From contig OX597827.1 of NCBI GenBank assembly GCA_951406725.2, forward strand, positions 30,690,001 to 30,754,000: 64,000 bases of DNA, read 5' to 3'. This DNA is from Octopus vulgaris. Its lineage: Eukaryota. Numbering within the stretch: position 1 is the stretch's first letter; each line of letters opens with the position of its first letter. Of the stretch, positions 13,848-26,548 are shown piece by piece. The translations under genes and the position numbers were made by a program. The notes under the pieces are model-generated. The model was not told the origin of the DNA, made no database searches, and saw only the letters and a program-made list of their open reading frames with translations.

Positions 13848-14208
13848 AGGCACAGGAGTGGCTGTGGGGTAAGTCGCTTGCTTACTAGCCACATGATTCT
13901 GGGTTCAGTCCCACTGCATGGCACCTTGGGTAAGTGTCTTCTCTATTGCCTCGGGCCAACCAAAGCCTTGCGAGTGGATTTGGTAGATGGAAACTGAAAG
14001 AAGTCCATCATATATATACATATGTATGTGTGTATATCTTTGACGACCCATGCTAGTGTATTTACGTCCCTGTAACTTAGGGGTTCGGCAAAAGACACAG
14101 ATAGAATAAGTACTAGGCTTACAAAGAATAAGTCCTGGGGTCAATTTGCTTGACTAAAGGCAGTGCTCCAGCATGGCCACAGTCAAATGACTGAAACAAG
14201 TAAAGGAA
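13848..14208 (+). mobile_element. SINE family A copy
   Basis: AGGCACAGGAGTGGCTGTGGGG head through the GACTGAAACAAGTAAAG tail. Confidence 0.85.
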
Positions 14209-15614
14209 TATATATATATATATATTGTATGTAATGTGTAGATATGTATCATCATTATCATTTATTTAATGTGTAAGGCCAGTTTATGGGATTACCCTGG
14301 GTTTCCCGTCCATGGGTTGGACAGTTTGACAGGGTTTGTCAAACTGAAGATCTGTGTTAAGCTCCAGTGTCACCTCTGGCAAGTTTTCTTTAGCTGATGC
14401 CCTTCCTAACAGCACCCACTTTACAGTGTGTACTTAGTGCTTTTTCTTTTCGTCCCACCAGCACTACTAGTGACGTGGTAAAATAAGATGCAAGACAAGA
14501 AAAAACAGGAAAGGGAAAAGCCCCCATGTCTAAGTGGTGGTGGGGATTATGACGGGAGAGGTGACTTTATGCCAGGGACTGAGATACTAAAGAAACATAG
14601 AAGGACAAGAACAGGTATTTTGTTGTGTGTGTGTGTGCGTGCATGCAGGTACATGTTGTTGACATAGGAATTTGGAAACTTTGAGAGAATCATCATCATC
14701 ATCATCATCGTTTAACGTCCGTTTTCTATGCTGGCATAGATTGGACAGTTTCACAGAAGCCAGTAGGCTGCACCAAGCTCCAGTCTGATCTGGCAAGGTT
14801 TCTACAGCTGGATGCCCTTCCTAATGCCAACTACTCCGAGAGTGTAGTGGGTGCTTTTTATGCGCCACCGGTATGGGAGCCAGTTAGATGGCACTGGCAG
14901 TAACTATGTTCGGATGGTGCTTTTTATGTGCCACCAGCATATAAAGCTATAAATAATAGCATGTAAATATTGGGTTAAAACCCCTTTGAATAGAAAAAGT
15001 CAAAAGCTGCTCATAAGGCTTGAACTTACACCTTCTGTATACATGACACTGTTTGACTTTTATCTATCCAAGGGGTTCTTATTTATACCTTATCTGCTTT
15101 GAGTTCCATAAAAGGATTATGACACCGATCCCTGTCCCTCTATACCTCTACTTTCTCAACTGGCACAAAGCCCCACCACCCAGCTGAGGTCTGGTTTTTG
15201 TCTAACAAATTACTTGGTGACCCTGTCCGTGCTGGTGCTGCATAGAAAGCACTGGTGTTAGTACCATGTAAAAAGCACCCAGTCCACTCTATGTAAAGTG
15301 GTTGGCATTAGGAAGGGCATCTAGCCGTAGAAACCATGCCAAAACCAAAACCGATAATGGAGCCTGGTGCAGATCCCAGCTTTATCAGCTCCTGTCAAAC
15401 TGCCCAGCATGGAAAATGAATGTTAAATAATGCTGACAATGATGATGATAAATATATATATGTATTTATTTAGCAGAAGCAACAATGTTTGATAAATGCC
15501 AACACACAAAACTCTCGGCCCCAGAGTTACTCTGCTGCTTCAGCTAAATATTAATAAAAATATACATAAACTCTTATTTTGAGTTCTATTTTTCCTGTTT
15601 GCATCATCAAACCT

Positions 15615-15660
<46 letters not shown>

Positions 15661-15666
<6 letters not shown>

Positions 15667-17290
15667 TTCAATTTAGAGATAGTATACCACTACTTTTCAC
15701 CAAATAAAAAGAATTTTAATTTTTATTTTAAATACCTATTGTTTTATTCCTTGGCAACACGTGTTTCATGAGGTACATCCTTCCACTCCATGTTTCCCGG
15801 GAACCCCTCTCAAGATGCCACCCCAATCATCAGGCCCTTATAACTTTATCAATGTTCAATACAATAAACTATATTTTAATTTTTAAATCGCATAAATCCC
15901 ATACCCCAGTACTTCGCAATGTTGGGCCATCATTAGGACGTTGTAGGATAATGGAGCTATCGGTGAATTGCATATTTTCCTTACTTTACCATCAAGTTAT
16001 ATTTATTTTATTTTACTTTGTAAATTTTTATAAAGTTACCATTCGTATCACTTGAAATTAAAAAAAAAAAAGTTACCATTTGTATCACTTGAAATTTTGC
16101 AGTTCCTATTAGAACTATAGCTCTTTTATTTGAAACTAGCAGTATCGCCCGGCGTTGCTCGGGTTTGTAAGGGAAATAACTATATAAGCATTTTTAGAGA
16201 GTTACTTCCTTTATAGATGCCAATTCGGGCTTTCTTAGCCATTTCTGTTTTGGTGTCTTCAAGCCATGAAGTCGTTGTTCTAAAAGAACGCTGGTCTCCT
16301 TGACGACGCATTACGACGTTGATTTCCTTAAACTCCCTTCCCCACAGCTTCATGAGGGAGGGAAGAAGGGGGAGAAGCAAACACAGGTGCAGGTGTTTGA
16401 GCGTAGACGCCAACTCCGCCGCCATCGACACATGAAAAATTATGCATTAAAATGGAATAAAAAATGATGTTAAATTATTTTTAAAATCGTAGACTCATCG
16501 TAGACGCGCACTAATAGCCAGACGGGCTCGATATTAATCACGACTATAAGATACCCGAATTTGGTTAAACTGCACCGCAAAATGTGGGAGGAGTTAGGAA
16601 TCTAAATCGAAGGGGACAGACACTCACACAACTACAGTTTTATATATATAGATTATCTCTTCGTAATTGCCTCCATGTTTATTAACTTTTATTCGTCTAT
16701 ATTTTCCTTGCTATCTTTTTTTATTTTTATTTTTTTATTTTTACTTGGATTTACTTTTATTCACACTTTTTATTAAATATTATTAAAACAGTATTTGTAA
16801 ATTTAATTTTATTTGGAACACTATATATAACTAACATTGTTTTTGTAAATTTTCGTATATTTTTTGTGATTTTTATTCCTTACTTTATTCATGTAACTTT
16901 TTATCTTTATTTGAATTTTTAACTGAATTATGGCTTGTACTGTAAAGTCCAGTAAAACTAAACATACCTAATTTAAACATACTTATGGGATTTAAAATTA
17001 AAATATAGTTTATTGTATTGAACGTTGATAAAGTTATAAGGACCTGATGATTGGGGTGGTATCTTGAGAGGGGTTTCAGGGAAACACGGAGTGGTTTAGG
17101 AAGCCGAGGATGTACCTCATGAAACACGTGTTGCCAAGGAATAAAACAATAGGTATTTAAAATAAAAATAAAAATTCTTTTTATTTGGTGAGAAGTAGGG
17201 GTATACTATCTCTAAATTAAAATATATTTCTTCATTGAGAATAATTTGAACCTCTGTTATGCCGGAATTGTTATTCCTTGAAAAATAATA
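15661..17290. mobile_element. Penelope-like fold-back element (about 230-bp inverted arms) containing a nested Helitron
   Basis: 15661-15892 is inverted relative to about 16985-17227, with a one-sided tail at 17228-17290. Hammerhead-like cores in the arm at 17044-17135. Flanked by (TA)n. Confidence 0.6.
16136..16652 (-). mobile_element. Non-autonomous Helitron (517 bp)
   Basis: The minus strand starts A|TC (TCTATATATATAAAAC) and ends with the hairpin CCCGAGCAACGCCGGG followed by CGATACTGCTAG|T. These are canonical 5'-TC / 3'-CTAG ends, inserted between A and T with no TSD. Confidence 0.85.
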
Positions 17291-17319
17291 TTTATATATA
17301 TATATATATATATATATTG

Positions 17320-17545
17320 TTTATAGAAGACATAAATCTAGAGAAGTACACTCCAAGGTGTAGATTAGAGTATATTTTAAAAATGGGGAAGGCCGGTTTA
17401 TGGAATTTCTTTGGGTTTCCTGCCTATAAAGGGTTTAGCTTTTTGGCATTTCATCAGACCTCAAAATCTGTTGGCCTACGACCTCCTTAGGCCAACAGTG
17501 TAATCCCATAAACCAGCCTTCCCATTTTAAATTTATATATATATT
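17320..17545. mobile_element. Short fold-back element with hammerhead-like core (Penelope-like)
   Basis: Inverted arms (aaaaatggggaaggccggtttatgg / ccataaaccagccttcccattttaaa), internal hairpin ctgttggccta...taggccaacag, and a minus-strand CTGATGA..tgcc..ggca.GAAAC. Related fragment at about 14275-14310. Confidence 0.45.
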
Positions 17546-18127
17546 ATATATAAAGATATTTAATGATACAGTGTTCCAGCATGGCCACAATCAAATGACT
17601 AAAATTAGGAGGAGAAATAAAAAAAAAAGAAAAATATTGGTAATTTATTAGTAAAGCTTAAAATACAAGAAAATATAAATGAAAGCCAGTTTTCTCATAA
17701 CAGCGGTTGTTAAATCTTTAACAAAAGTAAATAACTTCTGTGATACACTTTAATGTATCATTGAACAAGGTTCTAAAGATATTAATTGAAAATATTAATT
17801 AGTGTTTGTTCTATATCAATTATTTTTTTTAGAATTATATTTTTATCGAATAAACTAAGAATGACTGTTAATCAGGCTTTATTCTATCGGATAATTTTAC
17901 TGTAGAACTTTAATTGTCTCCCTTTACAATCTTAAAATCTCCCGTAATGTTATGGTTTCATAAAGAATATTTTATAATGCGAATGCTTGATTAATTAAAC
18001 GAAAATATGTACATCAATACTTCAGTCCTAAAATTTCATTTCTTATCTTATAAGCAACAAATATATATATTAAAATTATGCATGTATGTGCGAGCGAATA
18101 TGTGTGTGTGTGACTGGTTAAAACAAC

Positions 18128-18657
18128 AGGTGCAGGAGTGGTTGTGTAGTAAGTAGCCTGCTTATCAACCACATGGTTCCAGGTTCAGTCCCAATGCGTG
18201 GCATCTTGGGCAAGTGTCTTCTACTATAGCCTCGGACTAGCCAAAGCCTTGTGAGTGGATTTGGTAGACGGAAATTGAGAGAAGTCCGTCATGTGTGTAT
18301 ATATATTATTTTTCTGGAACTCAACTGAGGAAAGAAAACTTTGAATGACCCATCCTTGTTTTCTTTGTATTGTCTATCTGGATGTTTTGTTATCCCTTTT
18401 TTGTATCACCTAACTGTCTGGATGTTTTGCATTCTTGTCCCATTTTAAGGATTTATATATATATGTTTGTGTGTGTGTTTGTCCTTCCACAATCGCTTGA
18501 CAACTGATGTTGGTGTGTTTACGTCCCCATAACTTAGCAATTCAGCAAAAGACACCGATAGAATTATTCTTTGTAATAAGTCCTGGGGTCGATTTGTTCA
18601 ACTAAAGGCGGTGCTCCAGTATGGCTGCAGTCAAAATGACTGAAACAAATAAAAGAA
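18128..18657 (+). mobile_element. SINE family A copy with an unrelated ~150-bp insert in its TA tract
   Basis: Head 18128-18295, insert about 18305-18450, tail about 18465-18657. Confidence 0.75.
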
Positions 18658-18672
18658 CGTATGTGCATGTGA

Positions 18673-18703
<31 letters not shown>

Positions 18704-20822
18704 GCTGTGTGGTCAAAACTTTTGCTTCTCAACAGCATGGTTTTGTGTTCAGTTCTAATGTGCAGCAGTTTGGGCAAGAATCTTCTATGCCCTTGATTAA
18801 CCAATGCCATGTGAGGAAACTGCACAAACCTACACGTGTGTGTGTGTGTGCATATGTGTGTTTGTCTCACACCACTTGACAAATGAGATAGGTTTATATA
18901 CATGTCCAGGGGCAGGTGTGGGTGTCTGACAAGAGGTTTGCTTCCCAACCACATGGCTCTGGGTCCAATCCCACTACTGGCACCTTGGACAAGAGTCCTC
19001 TGCTATAGCCTTGGGCCAACTAAAGCCTTGAGAGTGGATTTGGTAGTAAGCTAGTTGGGTGCATGTGTGTGAGCAAGAAAAAGTAAACCTTAAAATTATA
19101 ATGATGATGATGACTTAGCAATTTGAAAAAAAAAAGGGAAAAAGGGGACTAATAGAATAATTGCCAGACTTAACATAAGTATTGAGGTTGAGTCGATCAA
19201 TTAACTCTAAACCCTTTAAGTGTGGCGGATGCAGGGGTGTTGCCTTAGTTGCCCGGGCAACACCCTTTCTAGCTGAGCCGACACCAAACAAATCAGGACC
19301 AAGATTTTCAAGCAACAGTTTCACAGCATTTCTCTTTCATTTACATATGGTCTGCTACACCAAAGTTAAAATCCATAAAAATAAGTCCATTTGTTACAAA
19401 CTGTGATTCCCACCTTATACAGTATTTTTTCAAAACTTTTGGACAACACTCCAAAAAAATCCCGGCTTCTCCTTTGTTTAAGGTGGCGTGTCAGCATGGT
19501 TGCAGCCCAGCTACTTTTCTCTCCCCTCTTTTACCCTTTTCCAATGAAAAGGTACCTCAATAGTGAATACAATAAGTTCATTATAATTTGAAGAATAAAA
19601 AAAAGTATTATACATTGTATAATAAAAGCAGATTGAATGGTATGATGATAATAATGTCTGAACGAAGGCATCCTACATAAGTTAAGAAATCAAAAACAGT
19701 TTCTGAATTAACAACTAGGAAGAATGTAAGTAACGCTGATACCAGTGAATCTCTCAAAAATATTAATCTTTTTAGTGCAAAATCAAATTTTGTGGTTATT
19801 CCAGTATTGAGGTTAAATATCTACCAAAACATAGAATTGGTATTTTCTGCCAGTTACGTTGCTTCAATAAACTTGACTCAACAGGAAATAGATTCAAACA
19901 TGACATTCCTCAACAAAAGATTGATTGTTATATAAAACTGCTTTCTGCAGTTAAAGATAATGGAATTTTGAGTGGATATTTATTATCTTGATTTCCACAG
20001 TAAAAGGATTAAACAGCAGTGAGGGTCACAAGTTATCGCCCTTAGTACCTTGCCCAGTGGCTTAGAAAGGAGAAAGGCTCTTAATCTCAGCATTAACATA
20101 TACTAGTATTTGACAGCAGCGTAAGTTAAATGATAACCAATAACAGACAGACACATCAACATTCGCACTGATCCTAGCAAAGAACAAAGCAACAAGGAGA
20201 CAGACAACTGTGAACAGGAGATACTTTTTTTTTTCATTCAGAGAATCTTGAATCAATCAGGAAGGTCTAAACATGTTGATGTATCTAAGAAGTTTTTAGT
20301 CCCAAACAAAAAATAGGGTACTTTTTGATATTTCTAAAAAATAGTTTACTCAGCAGAAAAGTGGGTAGTTCTCATGAAATTTTGCAGGACCTCTGCAAAC
20401 TTTGAATAACTCTAAGTCGATGTCTGAACGTGGGTGGGCAGGGAATTCCTGAGGGATTATGCACTGAGGAAGAAGGAGTTAACAAAAAATGGTTAATGCA
20501 GGGGTAGGTCACTCACACACAGATGTATGTAACTGTGTAAGTATGTCTGAATGTATGTATAGATGTGTGTATGCATGAGTCTTTTTGTGCGTGTGTGTGC
20601 ATGTACAACTCCACGCAGTCGAGTATGGGACTTTTCTCTCTCTTTGTCTTATGAATTACTTGGTGACCTCACTTGTGCGAGTGTCATGGAAAAAGAACTC
20701 AACAGATGCTGTGAAGTGGTCGATGCTAGGAAAGGCATCCAATCATTGAGACCATGTCAAAGCAGATATTGGAGTTCAATGCAGGCCTGCCGACTTATTG
20801 AATCATGTCAAATCATCTAACC

Positions 20823-21103
20823 CAGTGGCTCCCAAACTTTTTTCGGGCTTGACACCCAGGTCACATTCATAGCACCCCCACCCCAATTAACCATCACAAT
20901 CATAGACCTCTTTCTGAAGCAAATACAAAGCAACTGTATTTCACAAATAAAACTTAACCTAACAAACCCATTATTTTGTTGTTTTTACATGAATCGCTAT
21001 CTCATTATCATCCCACTTTTCTTCAATGCCCCCTAAGAACTTTCCACCAACCCAGGGGTGGGGTGGGGGTGGGGGGCAATACTGCCCACTTTGGGAACCA
21101 TTG
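20823..21103. mobile_element. hAT MITE inserted into a family C element
   Basis: TIRs CAGTGGCTCCCAAA / TTTGGGAACCATTG; 8-bp TSD atctaacc (20815-20822) / atgtaacc (21104-21111). The host repeat resumes after it. Confidence 0.75.
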
Positions 21104-21490
21104 ATGTAACCCGTGCTAGCTTGGAAAATAAATGGATGATGATAATGATAATGATGAAGATGAGGAGGAGGAGGAGGATGATAGCATTCACAGTCACATT
21201 TTTTTTTTCATTTCCAAGAAGAGTTTCAAAGGAAATAAGACTTATAACAACACAATTTTTGTTTGGTTGGGTTTGTTTCATTTCTACATCTCATCTTCAC
21301 AATGAAATATATAAAAGAAAAATAATCCATTGACGATGATTATATGGGGCCCAGTTTTAGGGTTTCTGCATCTTGGACAGTTCCATCTCAGGTGCCAGCT
21401 TTTTGACAAGAAGGTCAGATGTAACAGGTGTCAGTCTGTTAACCAAACACCATAGAACTTCAATGTTATATAGTTTATGCAAGTGTCAAA

Positions 21491-21633
21491 ATCATCATCA
21501 TCATCATCCTCACCATCACCATCACCACCATCATCATCATCATCCTCACCATCACCATCACCACCATCATCATCACCATCACCACCATCATCATCACCAT
21601 CATCTTCATTATTGTCATTGTCATCATCATCAT
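21491..21633. repeat. Compound (CAT/CAC)n microsatellite
   Basis: Seen directly; it is the source of the poly-His, poly-Asp and poly-Ser ORFs in the track. Confidence 0.9.
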
Positions 21634-22371
21634 CTAACGTCTGCATTCCATGCTGGCATGAGTTGGACAGTTCAACAGGAACTGGCAAGGCTGGAGAGCT
21701 ACATCAAACTCTATTTATCTGTTTTGGCATGGTTTCTATGGGTGGATGCCCTTCCTAATGTCAACCGCTTTACAGAGTGCACTGGATGCTCTTTTACCTG
21801 GCACTGGCACGTGTGCCTTTTACGTGGCACCAATTTGCAAGACGAAGACCTCTCAGCTTAGAGAGTGGAACCAAGGCTGTGAGCCAGGTGGGAGGTTAGA
21901 ATAACACTTTCTGCTGAAGGCACAAGGCCTGAAATTTTGGAGGAGGCGGATGTGGGGTGGTGGTGGCAGGTGGGTTTTTGCTGGTGGGGGAGCTAGTTGA
22001 TTACATTGACCCCAGAGCTGAAATAGTACAGTATTTAATTGACCCTCAAAGGATGAAAGGTAAAGTGGTATTTGAACTCAGAACATAAAGAGCCGGAAGG
22101 AATGCTGCCAAGCATTTTGCCTGGCATTCTGATGACTCAGCCAGCTCACCATCTTAGAAGCAACTATTTCTACTACAGGTGCAAGGCCTGAAATTTTGGT
22201 GGGTTGGTGGATAGTTGATTGCATTGATCCCAGAGCTCGACCAGGACTTTATTTTATAGATCCCGAAAGAATGAAAAGCAAAGTGGACCTTGGTGGAATT
22301 TGAAATCAGAGTTCAATAAATTGGAAGAAATGCTGCTATGCAGTTTGTCTGATGTGCCACCTCATCATCTA

Positions 22372-22406
<35 letters not shown>

Positions 22407-22436
22407 TAACAGTAACAACAACAACAACAACAATAA

Positions 22437-23237
22437 TGTTCTGACCCTAAATGCAGATTCTGCAACACATTTGATGAAACAATAGGTCACCTTGTCTTGG
22501 GATGTCCTGTGCTGACACCAAGCGAATATAAAAATTGCCACGACAGGGTAGGACAGTATTTACATTGGAAAATATGTAAACACTACAAAATCAGCTCTCC
22601 TGCTTACTGGTATGAACATCATCCTGAGCCAGTCATTGAAGATAAAAATGCCTCTATCCTTTGGGATTTTCCAGTCAACACTGACAGAATGATCCAGGTT
22701 AATCGACCAGGCACAATTATTAAAGACAGGGAAGAAAATACTTGTACATTAATAGAGGTAAGCGTTCCTAGGATGACTAAATTACAACAGGTATATAGCC
22801 CATTGTCTGTATTATAGTGCATTGTTGTACCATTCAAAACTTTTTGTTCTTTATAAAAAAATATATCCGTCAAGGAATTTGACAAACTAAGTGAACATAA
22901 GAACCTGGAAATTGAAATACAAAAGATGTGGCATCTTAAAATAAGAACTGTTCCTGTTATTGTAGGTGCCCTGGGTATGATAAAAAAGGGATGTCAGAAA
23001 AAACTTGATAAGATCCCAGGAGAACCATGTCTCAGAGATATCCAAAAGATTGTACTGACAAATACTGCCCACATCCTTAGAAAAACCTAGCCATTTAAAT
23101 GTCTGTGTTGTATTACATGAAGATATTTCACTACCTCCCCTCCCCAAGCTTTCAGTCATATTGTAACATCTCTTATCTTTCACTCATCCCAAGACACTGG
23201 GTGTGTCTCGGCAAGTAACAAACATGCAGATTAAAAG

Positions 23238-23240
<3 letters not shown>
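22437..23240 (+). mobile_element. 5'-truncated R4/Dong-like non-LTR retrotransposon (zinc knuckle, restriction-like endonuclease, 3' UTR)
   Basis: Translates CRFCNTFDETIGHLVLGC (CX2CX8HX4C), KNCHDRV (RHD-like), LWDFPVNTDRMIQVNRPG...LIEVSVP, then KEFDKLSEHKNL...VPVIVGALG...TAHILRK. Flanked on both sides by (TAA)n; interrupted at about 22771-22853. Confidence 0.85.
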
Positions 23241-23284
<44 letters not shown>

Positions 23285-23285
<1 letters not shown>

Positions 23286-23360
23286 GGACAGCTAGGAAAC
23301 TTAGGAGGGTTCCTGGCATCTAAGGCTACTTGTTGTAACCCAATGTTAGGATTCTTTTCT
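23285..23360 (+). mobile_element. Extreme 3' stub of a second R4/Dong-like family
   Basis: Follows the TAA run and reads TARKLRRVPGI*, like the usual TARILRRVL C-terminus of these elements. Confidence 0.4.
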
Positions 23361-24305
23361 TCTCCAACAGTTTAATCTGTTGAGTGTATATGAATAACAA
23401 TAATCCTTTCTACTAAAGGCACAAGGTGTGAAATTTTGAGGGAGGGGGACTAGGCAATCACATCGACTTCCCAGTGTTTCACTGGTACTTAATTTATTGA
23501 CTGCGAAAGGATGAAAGGCAAAATCAACTTGGCAGAATTTGAACTCAGAATGTAAAGCTGGAAGAAATGCTGTCAAGCATTTTGTCCAGAACAGTAATGA
23601 TTCTGTCAGCATGCCATCACTTTAATGAAATAATGATAATAGCTCATCAATCAAATGCCTGAACAATTAATTCCAACAATGGACTACTTAATTGGCAAAA
23701 TGGCTAATTAGTTGTCTAAAAGAAATGAAATTTAACCACTGCTTGTCTAAAAGAAGTGAAATTTAACCAGTGCACGTGTTTCTTGTTGGCATAGTGACCG
23801 TCCCAATATAAAACAAAATCTATTTCAACATGCAATTTTGTATCAATAATCTTGCAAAACCAATTCAAAATCAAGTTATAAAATGGCTAAGATTAATTTT
23901 TAAAGAAAGACTGAGTGCGAGAACGAGTGGTGGAATATGGGAGGAAAATAGCGAGACAGAAGTGAGAAACAGAGTTAGAAAGAAGAGAGTGAGAGGTCTG
24001 TGGAGAATAACACACCTAGGACCCTCCATAATGTGGTTGGTATTAGGAAAGGCATTGAGCTGTAGAAACCATGTCAAAACAAGGCAACTGGAGATTGGTG
24101 CAGTTGTGCAGTGTGCTAACTCCTATCAACCCAACCAACCCATGCCAGCATGGAAAACAGACGTTAAATGATGATGATGATAACTTATATGTGTGTCAGA
24201 GTGTATACATATTTATACATACATACATACAAACACACACACACACATATACATATCGTCTTCTAAATGTTTTGCGTTCTTGTCCCAGTTTGTATTTTTT
24301 TACAT

Positions 24306-24365
<60 letters not shown>

Positions 24366-24784
24366 TCATTGCCAGTGCCACCAGACTGGCTCCTGTGCAG
24401 CTAGCACGTAGAAAACACCTTTTGAGCATGGTCGTTGCCTGAACCATCTGACTGGCCCTCATGCCGGTTGCATGTAAAAGCACCCACTACACTCTTGGAG
24501 TGGTTGGCGTTAGGAAGGGCATCCAGCTGTAGAAACTCTGCCAGATCAGATTGAGCCTGGTGCAGCCTCTGGCTCACCAGTCCTCAGTCAAACTGTCCAA
24601 CCCATGCCAGCACGGAAAGCGGACATTAAACAATGATGATGATACACACACACACACACAGACATACATACATACATAATTAGCAGAGAGAAAGAGATGG
24701 AGGGGAAAAAGAAAGAATTAGAGGATGAGGAGAAGAAGAGTCATCATGTGAAAAAGAAAGTGAGTAGAAGAAGGGGTTTAGTAA

Positions 24785-24831
<47 letters not shown>

Positions 24832-25254
24832 AAAGGAGTATACTGTGTGTGAGAGAGACAGATGGACAGACTGACACTGAATCAGAATGAGAGAAAAAGA
24901 GACGAATAAACCAAAAAAAAAACCTCCCTCCTCCAAAAAAGAAAAACACACATAAACAAAATATCAAACAAACAAGGAATAAGAAATAAGCTGCAAACAA
25001 ACAGCAGCAGCAGCAACAGAGAAAGCAGATTCTTCAACACAAGTAGTTTTTAGCAATGGATTGAATTGTTCTGCTTGTAAAATAAATAATAATGGACTGG
25101 GATGAAAAGAACCAGTAAGTGTTAAAGAAAGAGAACCAATCCGCAAGCAAGGGACAGTTTAAGATATAATCACTGAGAATCTAAATTTAGTTAGTTGAAG
25201 ACAACAAGTAGATGCTAAGTGGGTTTGGCATATTGATACTGGTACACTTGGTCT

Positions 25255-25301
<47 letters not shown>

Positions 25302-25870
25302 TATGTATATGTAATGTAATGTATGGATGTGAGTGTGCTGTATTGAGTAGAGAGGCAAGAGCAAGTCAGCTGATGGGTTCACATATAGATGCGGGCTGAT
25401 GGCAGTAACAGCTGGTGGTGATGGTAGTGTTGGCCGGTGGTGGCTGGTGGCTGTGGTGTGTCTAGTTTTGATCAGTCAGCCTCCAGTTATATTGATAAGA
25501 TCTACCACTTGGGAACACATCGGATCACAATGAGGTCTATTATGCATTCAGTATTATTACAATTTCTACTGATGACATTTTGGTGCACAATAGAACTGGT
25601 TACTCATTACATGTAATAGTAATTCACCTCGGCAATAAAATGTTATACAATGAAAGAAGAAGAAGAAGAAGGAGAAGAAGAAGAAAGAAGAGGAGGAAGA
25701 GAAGAAAGAAAGAAAGAAAGAAGAGGAGGGGGAAGAGAAAGAAGGAAAAGGAGAAGAAGAAGGAAAAATAAAGAGAGAAGAGAGAAAGAAAAGATGGTTG
25801 AAGGTTCAACAATTTATAATGAGAAGGACAGACTCGTACAGAAGAGTAAAATAGTTGTGAAGAATTTTGG

Positions 25871-25902
<32 letters not shown>

Positions 25903-26154
25903 CAGAGGTTGATAGATAGATAAAAAGAGAGATAGATAGATAGATAGAGATAGTGAGAGGGAAAGCGGTGGGGGAGAATGTTGTAAGGTGATTTAAATTT
26001 AAACTGAAATTTAAGATTTCACACCAATTTATGACTCAGACACCAGTTTAATAATGACAAAAGTTATTTTTCTACATTCTTCATTATTTTAAAAGTTAAA
26101 TGAAACAAAAGCAGAGTATTTCAATAGAAACATGATAACAATAGGATTAACAGA

Positions 26155-26548
26155 AGATTTAGCTGCTATTTTTAGTAGGTCGAACAATCATGTAGAGGCC
26201 TCCTTAATTGCAGCAGGGTGTGAGATGAGGGAGATTCAGCTGCCATTTCTAACAGGTCAAACAATTGCAAAGATTATCTGAAAATGTTGTTTTCAAACAC
26301 AGCAATTTGAAAATAGGGATGAGAGATAATGGAGATTTGGCTGCTATTTCTCACAGGTCAAACAATAGCGTAAAGATTCTCTTGTCAGATAATCTGAACA
26401 TCTTGTTTTTATACAAAGCCAGTTGAAAATAGACGATGCGAAATGAGGGAGATTTAGCTGCTATTTTTAGCTGGTCAGACAATCAACACAGATATTCCAT
26501 TGTCAAATTATCTGAAGATGCTTTTATACAAAACCAGTCAGAAATAAG
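26155..26548. repeat. Degenerate tandem array of four units of about 77-117 bp
   Basis: Core GAGATTTRGCTGCTATTTYT..CAGGTC at about 26155, 26231, 26332 and 26449; units 2-4 also share ATWATCTGAA...GAAAATAG. Confidence 0.65.

Noticed and set aside
26155-26548. Repeat-spacer pattern superficially like a CRISPR array
   Set aside because: Animal context, degenerate repeats, spacers homologous to each other, irregular period, no cas genes.
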